From: Escherichia coli
GTDB taxonomy: Bacteria > Pseudomonadota > Gammaproteobacteria > Enterobacterales > Enterobacteriaceae
Strand: one strand, 5' to 3'
Length of the DNA: 64,000 nt
Assembly: GCF_041248615.1 (NCBI RefSeq)
Contig: NZ_CP158426.1
The number at the start of each line of letters is the position of its first letter. The stretch's first letter is position 1. Positions 1-8,942 of the stretch are shown one piece after another. The notes under the pieces were generated by a model. The model was not told the DNA's origin, did no database searches, and saw nothing but the letters and a program-made list of their open reading frames with translations. A program made the position numbers and the translations under genes.

Positions 1-780
1 ACCAGCACCTACATCCCGCACCCGCTGCTCAGCCAGCAGGCTTTTTCACGTTTTGTGCAGGACTATCTGGTATTTGGTAACGCCTACCTGGAGAAACGCA
101 CGAACCGCTTCGGTGAAATTATCGCCCTTGAACCGGCCCTGGCAAAATACACCCGACGCGGGTTAGACCTGGATAACTACTGGTTTGTGCAATACGGCAT
201 GACCACGCAGCCGTATCAGTTCACGAAAGGCAGTATCTTTCATCTGATGGAACCGGACATCAACCAGGAGATCTACGGCCTGCCCGGTTATCTTTCTGCC
301 ATTCCATCCGCCCTGCTCAACGAGTCCGCCACGCTGTTCCGTCGAAAGTATTACATTAACGGCAGTCATGCAGGCTTCATCATGTACATGACCGATGCCG
401 CGCAGAACCAGGAGGATGTGAACAACCTCCGCAATGCGATGAAAAGCGCCAAAGGCCCTGGCAACTTCCGCAACCTGTTTATGTACTCGCCTAACGGCAA
501 AAAGGACGGGCTTCAGATCATCCCGTTGTCAGAAGTCGCGGCGAAGGATGAGTTTCTGAATATCAAGAACGTGAGCCGGGATGACATGATGGCTGCGCAT
601 CGTGTGCCGCCACAAATGATGGGGATAATGCCAAATAATGTCGGGGGATTTGGGGATGTGGAGAAGGCTGCTAATGTGTTTGTTCGAAACGAGTTGCTAC
701 CTTTACAAAAAAGGATAGAGGAGGTCAATGATTGGCTAGGTGAAGATTTAATTACATTCAATTCATATTGCTTTGATTAA
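1..780 (+). CDS. Phage portal protein (P2 Q / 186 W-like), C-terminal part; 5' end lies left of the window
   Basis: Frame 1 is open from base 1 to the stop at 778-780 (track ORF 55-780 starts at an internal GTG). Gene points toward the cos-like sequence at 2045-2063, as the portal gene does in P2-family genomes. Product call is from position and recalled family resemblance. Confidence 0.5.
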   Translation, partial: TSTYIPHPLLSQQAFSRFVQDYLVFGNAYLEKRTNRFGEIIALEPALAKYTRRGLDLDNYWFVQYGMTTQPYQFTKGSIFHLMEPDINQEIYGLPGYLSAIPSALLNESATLFRRKYYINGSHAGFIMYMTDAAQNQEDVNNLRNAMKSAKGPGNFRNLFMYSPNGKKDGLQIIPLSEVAAKDEFLNIKNVSRDDMMAAHRVPPQMMGIMPNNVGGFGDVEKAANVFVRNELLPLQKRIEEVNDWLGEDLITFNSYCFD

Positions 781-790
781 TATTTAAGTT

Positions 791-823
791 AGCCCCAAGA
801 GAAATGAAAATTCTCAATGGGGC
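791..823. terminator. Inverted repeat between the convergent portal and RES genes (AGCCCCA...TGGGGCT with inner GAGAA/TTCTC)
   Basis: Nested palindrome read directly in the 52-bp gap between two convergent stops; weak T-run, so terminator function is tentative. Confidence 0.3.
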
Positions 824-832
824 TATTATCAC

Positions 833-1984
833 TTATTCAACTTCATCGTAATAAATCTCCCATTGATCATTCATACCAACAACCTGCTTTTCCTCGTAAA
901 TATACTGAACCTTGTCAATTTCTATTACTTTTGATGAACCATCTATAAATTCCATACATGAAGGATTAAAAACAACCAAGTTCTTACCTTTACCAACTGT
1001 ACTTGAAAATTGTATACCATCATACCCCTCTTTCCTTATACAATCAGATATTAGTTGGGACACACTATATCTTCCTTCTAAGGAAGGTGGAGTTGCAGTA
1101 TTAAAAATACCTGCCATCTTTGCATATGGTATCATGGATAATAAACTTTCATCACTCTCAATAAACTCTAAAAAATTAGGATAAGAAAAATCGAATACCT
1201 TTAATGCTTTTGCAACTCTAAATTTACCAATTGAAACAACATCTGTTGGATGAGGTCGAACTTCCGCAATTGCAGTATAACTATCTGTAGCACAATAAAG
1301 GTAAGAAACGCCTGCTCTATTAGCCCTGCCAGCAGTAGCCTTTAGTGGTGGCACGGCTCCTATTTCCTTATCTTTAAATGGAACAAATATTTTCTTTCCT
1401 TCACGGCTAAATCCCCTAAGTGCTGTTTTATAGCCAGCAGTCCCAACTCTGGCTCTATATACCACAGAACTTCCTTCTATTATCTTCGAAAAAATATCAC
1501 CATAACCTTTTATAATACTTCTTAGCTCACCTTCAAAATCATGGTAATTCTTTTCTGAAAGCTGTTTTGACAAAGAATCTAAAAATGGCTGATGTGCATT
1601 TCTGATAGACATATATGGCGTATTATATAGACCATCAGATCCATAGCCTGCATAAATATTTATTCCCTCACTATCAAATGCCATATCCCACAATTCGCTA
1701 TCGAGTTCCCCAAAAGATTCATCATGCTCCTGTATATCCTTGGTGAAAATAAAATCATCTTCCAATAGAAAACTCGGGTAATACTCCCCTCCAAAATGAG
1801 TATTGTAATCGACTTCATCATAATGATATCTCAGAATAGCTTTCAACAAATTACGTACTTCTGAAGAATCAGTATCTAAACAAACAGTATCTGCACAACA
1901 AAAAGCACAAATACCTCGTATATTTTGCGAAAAAATTAGTTTTTTTATATTTGATTCAACAATGTGACTTTCGCAGATATACAT
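833..1984 (-). CDS. RES-domain protein with Cys/His-rich N-terminal domain (putative NAD+-targeting toxin / abortive-infection effector); AT-rich cargo gene
   Basis: C-terminal half carries the RES signature: VYRAR, AGRANRAGVSYLYCATDSYTAIAEVRPH (R..N..G...LY.A.......E) and DGIQFSSTVGKGKNLVVFNP (conserved Ser, N.vvF). N-terminus has C-x20-C-x2-CC-x4-C. AGGAG sits 6 nt upstream of the second ATG (1984). Markedly AT-rich versus flanking phage genes. Confidence 0.6.
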   Translation of the reverse strand: MYICESHIVESNIKKLIFSQNIRGICAFCCADTVCLDTDSSEVRNLLKAILRYHYDEVDYNTHFGGEYYPSFLLEDDFIFTKDIQEHDESFGELDSELWDMAFDSEGINIYAGYGSDGLYNTPYMSIRNAHQPFLDSLSKQLSEKNYHDFEGELRSIIKGYGDIFSKIIEGSSVVYRARVGTAGYKTALRGFSREGKKIFVPFKDKEIGAVPPLKATAGRANRAGVSYLYCATDSYTAIAEVRPHPTDVVSIGKFRVAKALKVFDFSYPNFLEFIESDESLLSMIPYAKMAGIFNTATPPSLEGRYSVSQLISDCIRKEGYDGIQFSSTVGKGKNLVVFNPSCMEFIDGSSKVIEIDKVQYIYEEKQVVGMNDQWEIYYDEVE

Positions 1985-2044
1985 CATAATCTCCTTGAAT
2001 TTTACCTTACATGCTCATTATTGCCACTTTAGCTTGCGCGCGCA

Positions 2045-2063
2045 ATCGTATCCCCGCCACGCC
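2045..2063 (-). other. cos-like cohesive-end sequence of P2/186 type (bottom strand GGCGTGGCGGGGATACGAT)
   Basis: Bottom strand matches the recalled 19-nt 186 cohesive end GGCGTGGCGGGGAAAGCAT at 15/19 positions (first 13 contiguous). Lies in a GC-rich non-coding block with a perfect 12-bp palindrome TTGCGCGCGCAA at 2034-2045. Located between the early-region end and the portal gene, where cos is expected. Confidence 0.5.
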
Positions 2064-2349
2064 TGCCCGCTTTATGTAGCGGTTTTCATGCAGGTGCATG
2101 ATCTACGCAAAATCCCACCAGTTCTGGCGGGCCTTAGCAAAAACGATCCGCAAACGATCATGCGATCTCATGCGGCATAGTCATGCACTTACGGGGGAAC
2201 TGAAATCCAGTAACCGAATGATCGCTTGAAAAACGAAACATACGTACTTACAAAGCACAAAGCCTGCTTTGAGCGAAGCGGACATTAATAATGTTGCTGA
2301 CCATCCCTAGTACTTCTCATAATATATCCGTATGTTAATCAACAAAATA

Positions 2350-4242
2350 TTAATTTGTCCCATCACTAAAGAATTTGATTGCGTCAGTTAGTACATAGTC
2401 AATGAAAAATTTTACGTGAAAGACCTGAAAAACGCTATTTTCTGAGTTTTTAATGAAATCTACAGCTATATCTTTTAGGTTGATCAACCAGTTATATTCT
2501 TCAATCAGTCTAGTTCTGGCATCCGCATCAGAATAACGACTCCGTAAGCTAAATGCCAGTTTCCTCATGATAACTGGATCAAGTTTCCTATAGCTTTCAA
2601 TGAAAACATCAGCAGGAACTAAGTGTAAAAAAGGTACATCATGAAGATTTAACTGTCTATTATTAGAATGACTCAATTCAGATAACAACGATAATTTTCC
2701 CCTTTGTAACTCATCTCTGAACTGCAATGCAAATTCCGAAATTGAATCATCAAACCGTTTCTTCCTTTCTATTTTAATATGTTCAATAATGAGCTTAAAG
2801 TCATCACTATCCCTGTCAAGAAAACCTAAACCACGCCATGCCCTTAATTCGTTATAATGTGTTTGCGCATATTCCTTATGTACATCTTCAGCTCTAAGTC
2901 TATTATAATAATTATTTATATTCTGTTTTGTCTCATTTATGAGATCATGAACATCATCTGTTGTTAGACCTTCTTTCGCCATTTCCAGCAAAATACTCGC
3001 TGTCATCAGAAGTTCACCTAAGGAAGTGATCTTACCTGAAAACAGGTTATCCTTAGCAATAGCGTACTGCTCATAAAGCATAGTTTCATTTAGTTCTCTA
3101 TAGTTCCACAAATACTCCCATGCTTGGGAATCGCTGCTTCTAAAAAATCGCGTAATATCCAACTGAGCAAGAAGATCACCCGTTACCTTTCCATCACAGA
3201 TTAGTTCTCTCCAAGACGCACCATCCAGTAACTTCTCGGTTAATACAGGAGACGAATATTTCTCGACAATCATGTCATACTTACTTTTGACACGTTCTTT
3301 ACCCAAAAACATACCATAATTAACATTGCCGATTGAATTGAAATCCTCGTAACTAAGATTCCCTCCCCGGTACTCCATCGAAAAAATTAACAATTGATGA
3401 AAAAACACCCTTATAAATTCATCGTTACTTACATATTTATCTCCCAAAAGGGAAATAATTCGTTGTACATCGAGAAAGAACTGCCTCAAGTGTCTTAGAT
3501 TATTATAATTCGCTGACACATAGAGGTCCTCTATTGTCTGCATATCTTCTTTAAATATATTAGCAACATGCAAACTACTAATTACGTTCAAAAAAATCTT
3601 ACAAGCACTATGTAAATCTGACGTTACTTCAAATGTTTTACCTACTAGCTTTTCTTTTGTTCTCATGTATTCATTGCGAGATTTCTCATCATCATTATTT
3701 ATTCGCTTTTCTCTATTGATTATTTCATCTTCATTGGCAACCAAGATCGCTTTGTATCCGTTTACCTCTACAAAGTGATTTATATATCCAAATAAGATTG
3801 GTAAATCTACACCAGCTCTCTCGACATCATCAAAGACCAGCACAAAACCATCTGGTTTTCTAGTAAAGTCGCTAAGATTAATGGTGGGAACATTGCTATT
3901 GACATCTACGTCAGATTTATTATCGCCATTAAGATCGATCTTGAAAGTAGCCTTAAGCGTATTTTTTAGTACATTTGCACCAAAGATAAGGGCTTTGTTT
4001 GATAGGACAGGATGCAGTTGACGATAGAACTCATCTTCAATCTGCTCAATAGAGTTGACGCCATACAAGCTCACTTTTAGAAATTTGAACTCTGAATGTT
4101 TCTGCCTATATTCTTCAAGAACTCGTTCAATGAACCAAGTTTTACCTGATCCCCAAGCACCTTTAAGCATAATGGCGTATTGAGGTTCAGTTTTAAGGCT
4201 AAGGTAATATTCTAGATAGTCTTTGATGTACGTATTGTGCAT
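2350..4242 (-). CDS. KAP-family P-loop NTPase (candidate anti-phage defence cargo in the tin/old-equivalent hotspot)
   Basis: Walker A GAWGSGKT in the KAP-type GxWGxGK[ST] context and Walker B-like hhhhDDVER (VLVFDDVER); about 630 aa. AT-rich. Start taken at the MHNTY Met (4242); the track ORF extends to 4293 with no RBS. Confidence 0.65.
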   Translation of the reverse strand: MHNTYIKDYLEYYLSLKTEPQYAIMLKGAWGSGKTWFIERVLEEYRQKHSEFKFLKVSLYGVNSIEQIEDEFYRQLHPVLSNKALIFGANVLKNTLKATFKIDLNGDNKSDVDVNSNVPTINLSDFTRKPDGFVLVFDDVERAGVDLPILFGYINHFVEVNGYKAILVANEDEIINREKRINNDDEKSRNEYMRTKEKLVGKTFEVTSDLHSACKIFLNVISSLHVANIFKEDMQTIEDLYVSANYNNLRHLRQFFLDVQRIISLLGDKYVSNDEFIRVFFHQLLIFSMEYRGGNLSYEDFNSIGNVNYGMFLGKERVKSKYDMIVEKYSSPVLTEKLLDGASWRELICDGKVTGDLLAQLDITRFFRSSDSQAWEYLWNYRELNETMLYEQYAIAKDNLFSGKITSLGELLMTASILLEMAKEGLTTDDVHDLINETKQNINNYYNRLRAEDVHKEYAQTHYNELRAWRGLGFLDRDSDDFKLIIEHIKIERKKRFDDSISEFALQFRDELQRGKLSLLSELSHSNNRQLNLHDVPFLHLVPADVFIESYRKLDPVIMRKLAFSLRSRYSDADARTRLIEEYNWLINLKDIAVDFIKNSENSVFQVFHVKFFIDYVLTDAIKFFSDGTN

Positions 4243-4563
4243 TTTTAGTCCATTTTGATAAAATACATAAACATAGATGGTAAGTAGAGCCAAAGGCCAA
4301 CTATGGAAAACTCAATCGGTAGTGTACATTGTAAGGTTATTATTGGTAAATATTATAGGAATACCCATAATCTAACAAAATTCAGATTATCCGTTGCAAA
4401 TTAGTCTGCCATTCGCTAATTGACGAAAGATAGCACAAGAAACGTTCGCTTCTGGCACAAAGCGGACGATCACTTATAAAAATGACCGCCCACCTTACGC
4501 CTTATTTCACTCGTTGCCCAAACTAGCCCCCATTAGAATGAATCCTCCTAGGGGCAACGTTTC

Positions 4564-4797
4564 TTAATGCAGCCAGCTGTCATCTTCCCACACTTTCTGC
4601 ATAATTTTCATTACTTGTTTTCTTTCTTCGTCCAGTTGCAGTCCGGTTAGTTCCACACCGTTAGAGCTACCTTTGCGGATACGAATTACCGTTTTGGAAT
4701 ACAGGGGGCGCAGATTGCGGTAAAGCTCGGATTCAAGGGCGTCCAGGGTAGACTGGCTAATCTTCTGCTCTTTATCGATCATTATTTCAATGCGCAT
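4564..4797 (-). CDS. DinI-family protein (resembles E. coli DinI and the DinI-like domain of phage 186 Tum)
   Basis: MRIEIMIDKEQ...LDALESEL...IRIRKG...LTGLQLDEERKQVMKIMQKVWEDDSW aligns by eye with DinI (MRIEV.IAK...IDAL..EL......V.VR...LSV.G...E...I.EILQETWE.ADDW). GAGGTG RBS 7 nt upstream of ATG at 4797; track ORF 4564-4869 is an upstream extension. Confidence 0.6.
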   Translation of the reverse strand: MRIEIMIDKEQKISQSTLDALESELYRNLRPLYSKTVIRIRKGSSNGVELTGLQLDEERKQVMKIMQKVWEDDSWLH

Positions 4798-4807
4798 AAA
4801 AGTCACC

Positions 4808-4996
4808 TCAGCTGATGACATCCATTGAGCGGTTGTATTCGTGGCTTCTGATTTTTGCCATGAGTTCATCAGTCAATTCAGAAACCCACTGCAGAGCCAG
4901 CCCCTTCTCTTCATCACTACACTCACTAGCCGCTACAAGCTTAAGAAAAAAATCAATGCGCTGGAGCTTCAAAGACTCCAAAAAATAGTCCTGCAT
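4808..4996 (-). CDS. Small phage protein of unknown function, first gene of a two-gene unit with the DinI-like gene
   Basis: 62-codon ORF with AGGAGG RBS 5 nt upstream of ATG; its stop lies 10 nt before the DinI-like start. Confidence 0.45.
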   Translation of the reverse strand: MQDYFLESLKLQRIDFFLKLVAASECSDEEKGLALQWVSELTDELMAKIRSHEYNRSMDVIS

Positions 4997-5039
4997 CTTT
5001 CCTCCTATGACACCACACGCAATTCTGTATGTATAACCA

Positions 5040-5055
5040 CTGTTTATATTTACAG
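5040..5055 (-). promoter_or_regulatory. LexA-box-like motif (bottom strand CTGT-N8-ACAA) upstream of the small-protein/DinI-like pair
   Basis: Top strand TTGTTTATATTTACAG; on the coding strand this is CTGTAAATATAAACAA, one mismatch from the CTGT-N8-ACAG SOS box, about 45 bp upstream of the start codon. Confidence 0.3.
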
Positions 5056-5149
5056 TATATAATAATCCTACTGATGTAAAACGTTTTTTTACGCTTATCA
5101 GCCTGATATGCCTGGTATTATTAAGAGCACGAATTGTTAACCCGCGTAA

Positions 5150-7564
5150 TTAATACAGGTTCCGCCACTGATCATCTTCCTGCAAACGTTGGTTCCGATA
5201 GAAGATACGCAGGCCTGCTCCTGACGGAATACTGCCGCCACGAAGGAGTAAATAGACCTCTTTCTCGCTGCCATCAAATCCTCTGGACTTCAGTTCATAG
5301 ACAAGCTGCTGTCGCTGATGGTCTGTAATTCGCTGTTTGTAGTCTTTACGCCGTTTCGGTTTCACCAGGCGTAACCTTGCAGCCAGTTCCCGGCGCTCTT
5401 TTTTGCTCATACTGTGCAGGTATTCGTGCAACTCCTTGTCATCCATGCGGGTGATATCCGTTCTGGTATCTCCATCAGCTGATTTGTCTTTCCCTTGTTG
5501 GTACAAATTTTCAGCAAGGGGACAGTTATTGCCACGAGTCCAAGGGGCGCAAGCGCCCTGGTCGGCTGCCGCCTCCTGAACGTCAACGGCCTTACGAACC
5601 ATTTTCCACTTCACTGCATGAGTGCAGATCTTGCCCTCTGCAATGGGTGACCAGATGCCATAAATACGAATGCCGTGATCGCCATAGGCGGTCGGCTCTT
5701 CGTTAATTTCATAAGCAGTTCTGATGAGGTGATATTTGCGGGGAACCAGTACGCCGCCCTGCTTCATGATGTAAGTGGCAAAACAACCAGCATCAGCAGC
5801 AGCCAGGATTGCATCAAGGCGCGGGTTATCCAGTACCGGCGCACCTGCTTTTTTGTCCCCCTGTTGCCTTGCCGCCTGACCAGCCAGCAATCGCAGTTCA
5901 CGGTAAGCCTGACGCCCCGGAATGCCAAAGAAGCGGAATTGCTGAACACGATGCAGAGACGCCCAGGCATTAACGTATTCAGCGTTATCACGCAGGGATT
6001 TACCCGTTTCCTTGCTGATCTCGCCAGCCAGACCACGCCCGTCAATGTTCTTACTGATGTATTTCGCGATGTAGCTTGTTGGCGTACCTTTGCGCGGGTT
6101 TATCAGCTCAGACTTAAAGCGTGGTCCCGTGTTATTCCCCAGCTCCTCGCGGTCTTCACGAATGGCAAACTTACGCAATAAAGCAGTAATGGCGCGGCGA
6201 TCTTTTTTGCGCATAAAACACAACAGGTGCCAGTGAACTGTACCGTCATGATGCGGCTCAGCCACCCGCACGCCATACCACCGCAATCCGGCTTTGTGCA
6301 TCGCCTTACGAAATGCAGCAAACATGCCGACCAGATAATCACTGCTTTGTTTTACCGTCGCATTTGTCCAGGTTGGGTTGGGCCTGCCGTTATTTAGCGT
6401 GGAATGGAAACGTGACGGACAGGTGATGGTGTAGAAAACGGCGCAGTCACCGCGCATTTCCGCGATAAGCTCCAGACCTTTAACACAGGCCATCATCTCA
6501 TTGCGGCGATGCGCAGGGTTGCTGCTGCTGGCGTTTACCACATCCTCCATGTCCAGCGTGTCGCCGTCTTCGTTCACCAGTTCATGAGAACGGAAAAACT
6601 CCAGCGACTTACGGCGCTGCTCACGTTTATGCATCACGGCTTCATAGCTGACATAGGGGGATGCTTTTTTGCTAACCAGGCAGACAGCGCGCAACTGCTC
6701 TTCCCGCCATTCGCAACGCATCTTCCATAATTTCCGATACCACCAGTCGGCGCACAACATACGCGCCAGCGAACCCGGAATGAGTTCATAGGGCACGGGT
6801 TTACGGCGGTTTCTTTTCCGGCGGAGTTGCTCAAACGCAGGTGGGATGACATCCAGACGCAGGGTTTCCGCCGCCACCCTTTCCCATGTCTTGCGGATTT
6901 CTTCTGGCTTAACGTCATCGGTGGCATACAAATCGCCACAAGCTGCATCAAGGCACATGCTCATATGCGCAGCAACAAGGGTGGACAGGCGTTTCACCTG
7001 ATCCTGACTCATTTCAGGCAGAATCAGCAGGCCGTCCAGCCCTTCATGGCTTGCCATAAAGCGAAAAGAAGTGGATAGCTGACTGTCGCGTACATGCTCC
7101 AGCCGTTCCAGACATGGCTTAATCGTCTCACGCAAATAGCGGGAATAAGCCTTTGGCCTGCCAAGGCTACTGAAGTATTCAATACGTTGCATCAGCGGCT
7201 TGCTGATATGGGAGGGCTGGGCGCTGACGTCTGCCAGAATGACCATGTCCGGGTTAAAACGCTGCTGCTCATGCGCCAACTTTGCCCGGCTAATGAGCTT
7301 ATCCTGCTCCATTTCGCGCTGGACAGGATCACGGGATTCATTAAAGAAATAACGCTCCCAGACCTGATCACTCAGTGCCTCGCGGCGCAGTTGTTCCTGC
7401 TCGTTATCGGCAGCGTACAGAGTGATCAGGTTTGAAAGCGCAGAAACCGGCGCAACTTCCGCCGGGTCCAGATAAGGGTTAATAGCCTTTTTCGGGCTGT
7501 TCCATGAGAATGCTGCGGCGGCCTCGTTAAAGCCGCTGCAGTTGTTCATATCAGCATGGCTCAT
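5150..7564 (-). CDS. Phage replication initiation endonuclease (P2 gpA / 186 A family, rolling-circle)
   Basis: 804-aa ORF; size, early-operon position and C-terminal region resemble P2-family A proteins. Start overlaps the Dam stop by 4 nt. Confidence 0.8.
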   Translation of the reverse strand: MSHADMNNCSGFNEAAAAFSWNSPKKAINPYLDPAEVAPVSALSNLITLYAADNEQEQLRREALSDQVWERYFFNESRDPVQREMEQDKLISRAKLAHEQQRFNPDMVILADVSAQPSHISKPLMQRIEYFSSLGRPKAYSRYLRETIKPCLERLEHVRDSQLSTSFRFMASHEGLDGLLILPEMSQDQVKRLSTLVAAHMSMCLDAACGDLYATDDVKPEEIRKTWERVAAETLRLDVIPPAFEQLRRKRNRRKPVPYELIPGSLARMLCADWWYRKLWKMRCEWREEQLRAVCLVSKKASPYVSYEAVMHKREQRRKSLEFFRSHELVNEDGDTLDMEDVVNASSSNPAHRRNEMMACVKGLELIAEMRGDCAVFYTITCPSRFHSTLNNGRPNPTWTNATVKQSSDYLVGMFAAFRKAMHKAGLRWYGVRVAEPHHDGTVHWHLLCFMRKKDRRAITALLRKFAIREDREELGNNTGPRFKSELINPRKGTPTSYIAKYISKNIDGRGLAGEISKETGKSLRDNAEYVNAWASLHRVQQFRFFGIPGRQAYRELRLLAGQAARQQGDKKAGAPVLDNPRLDAILAAADAGCFATYIMKQGGVLVPRKYHLIRTAYEINEEPTAYGDHGIRIYGIWSPIAEGKICTHAVKWKMVRKAVDVQEAAADQGACAPWTRGNNCPLAENLYQQGKDKSADGDTRTDITRMDDKELHEYLHSMSKKERRELAARLRLVKPKRRKDYKQRITDHQRQQLVYELKSRGFDGSEKEVYLLLRGGSIPSGAGLRIFYRNQRLQEDDQWRNLY

Positions 7565-8418
7565 GCACGCACTCCGTACACGGCAGAACTATCCACGCCA
7601 CGCGAAGGATCAAATCCCACCCAGCAGCGCGCCCCAGAAACAGCGATGATTTCTGTTGCAGATTTACTCTCACCAGTTGCTACGCCGATGCTGCGTTTTG
7701 CCTTGATGTAGTGGTGAGTAAAATTGCGATACAGCGAACGGATCAGGGATGTGTCACTGTTAGAAACAATGACCGGATGTCCTTCTGATGACCGATGTTC
7801 AAGAACGGATGCCAGGTGATACTGGTCATCTTCAGTGAAGCCGTCAGTGTGATAACCGGAAAACGTGCCGTCATACGGCGGATCGCAATACACCACATCC
7901 CCCGCCTTCAACATCGCCAGCGTTTCATCAAAGCTGGCGCAGATAAACGTTGCCCGCTGGGCTTTTTCTGCAAATGCGCGAATTTCTTTTTCAGGGAAAT
8001 ACGGATTTTTATAATTACCGTAGGGAATGTTGAAATGCCCGCTCTTGTTATAGCGACATAAACCACGGTAACCGTGACGATTGAGATACAGGAAATATAC
8101 CGCTTTCATGAAATCAGTAATTTCAGTTGAGTAATTAAACTCCTGCCTTATGTTGTAATAAGCCACCTCCCTGTTTGCTTCCTCAAATAAAGCTCTGGCG
8201 CGAGATATAAACAATTCACAATCAGCGGCAACCTTTTTATAGAGGTTGATTAAATCAGGATTAATATCCGCAACCAGATAGCTGGGGTAATCCGTCTCCA
8301 TCATCACTGCACAGGAACCCGCGAAAGGTTCAACCAGTCGCGGGCCAGCAGGAAGGTGTTTTTTCAGTTCTGGCATAATGGCGGTTTTATTTCCCGCCCA
8401 TTTCAGGATGGTGCTCAT
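7561..8418 (-). CDS. Dam-family N6-adenine DNA methyltransferase (phage-encoded)
   Basis: N-terminal [11 protein letters not shown]...EPFAGS (SAM-binding) and catalytic DPPY (VYCDPPY); start at the internal Met overlaps the upstream stop (ATGA). Confidence 0.85.
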   Translation of the reverse strand: MSTILKWAGNKTAIMPELKKHLPAGPRLVEPFAGSCAVMMETDYPSYLVADINPDLINLYKKVAADCELFISRARALFEEANREVAYYNIRQEFNYSTEITDFMKAVYFLYLNRHGYRGLCRYNKSGHFNIPYGNYKNPYFPEKEIRAFAEKAQRATFICASFDETLAMLKAGDVVYCDPPYDGTFSGYHTDGFTEDDQYHLASVLEHRSSEGHPVIVSNSDTSLIRSLYRNFTHHYIKAKRSIGVATGESKSATEIIAVSGARCWVGFDPSRGVDSSAVYGVRA

Positions 8419-8642
8419 ACAGCACCTCCGTTGTAATGTTTGCCTTTCAGCTCTGCGATTTCCTGACAGGTAATGCAAAGCTGCACTCCAAGAATGGCGC
8501 GGCGTCGTGCTGGCGGAATTGGCGCTTCACATTCAATACAAAGCACGCGGGACACGCCCGGCGTTTTGGCACGGGCAGCACGGATATGACGCTGGCGTTC
8601 TTCTTCAACGCGCTGCTGTACGAGATCCATTGCATCAGCCAT
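8415..8642 (-). CDS. TraR/DksA-family C4 zinc-finger protein (P2 orf82-like)
   Basis: 75 aa with CIECEAPIPP...CITCQ four-Cys motif; typical early-operon position. Confidence 0.7.
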   Translation of the reverse strand: MADAMDLVQQRVEEERQRHIRAARAKTPGVSRVLCIECEAPIPPARRRAILGVQLCITCQEIAELKGKHYNGGAV

Positions 8643-8881
8643 CAGTGGATCTCCTGCGCTTCGTTCTGGATTGCTTCAGCAGTCACACGCAGCAGTTCTG
8701 CCGCTTCGACGTGGTTTAGCTGGCGGGATGTGATATGACACGCAAGACTATCAAGGCGGGCAGCCATTGCTTCAGCCCTTGCCCGGCGTTCTTCCAGACG
8801 AGCCTCTGTCAGTAAAATATTAAGCCCTGCGTCATCCGGTCCGGTTTTGGTCGTGAGGGTTTCAATATTACGCATAATCAA
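8642..8881 (-). CDS. Hypothetical phage early protein
   Basis: 79-codon ORF translationally coupled to the downstream gene; no recognisable motif. Confidence 0.4.
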   Translation of the reverse strand: MIMRNIETLTTKTGPDDAGLNILLTEARLEERRARAEAMAARLDSLACHITSRQLNHVEAAELLRVTAEAIQNEAQEIH

Positions 8882-8942
8882 TTCTCCTGAATTTAGATAA
8901 AGGGATGCCTGGCGGGTTTACGCCATTAATTTCATTAGTTGG

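Noticed and set aside
912-1184. 90-aa plus-strand ORF
   Set aside because: Antisense shadow inside the RES-domain gene; low-complexity AT-rich translation, no RBS.
1995-2180. 61-aa ORF on the plus strand
   Set aside because: Lies within the cos-like non-coding block, has no RBS, and a GC-rich region yields open frames by chance.
1988-2349. Structured GC-rich non-coding block that might be a retron msr/msd or other ncRNA
   Set aside because: No reverse transcriptase gene is adjacent (neighbours are RES and KAP proteins), and the block is better explained as the phage cos region given the cohesive-end-like 19-mer.
5021-5036. Second possible LexA box (top strand CTGTATGTATAACCAC)
   Set aside because: Two mismatches in the distal ACAG half-site; only the adjacent 5040-5055 site is near consensus, so this one is not called.
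5675-6181. 168-aa plus-strand ORF and several other ORFs inside 5150-7564
   Set aside because: Embedded in or antisense to the 804-aa replication gene A, which is the coherent long ORF with family-typical features.
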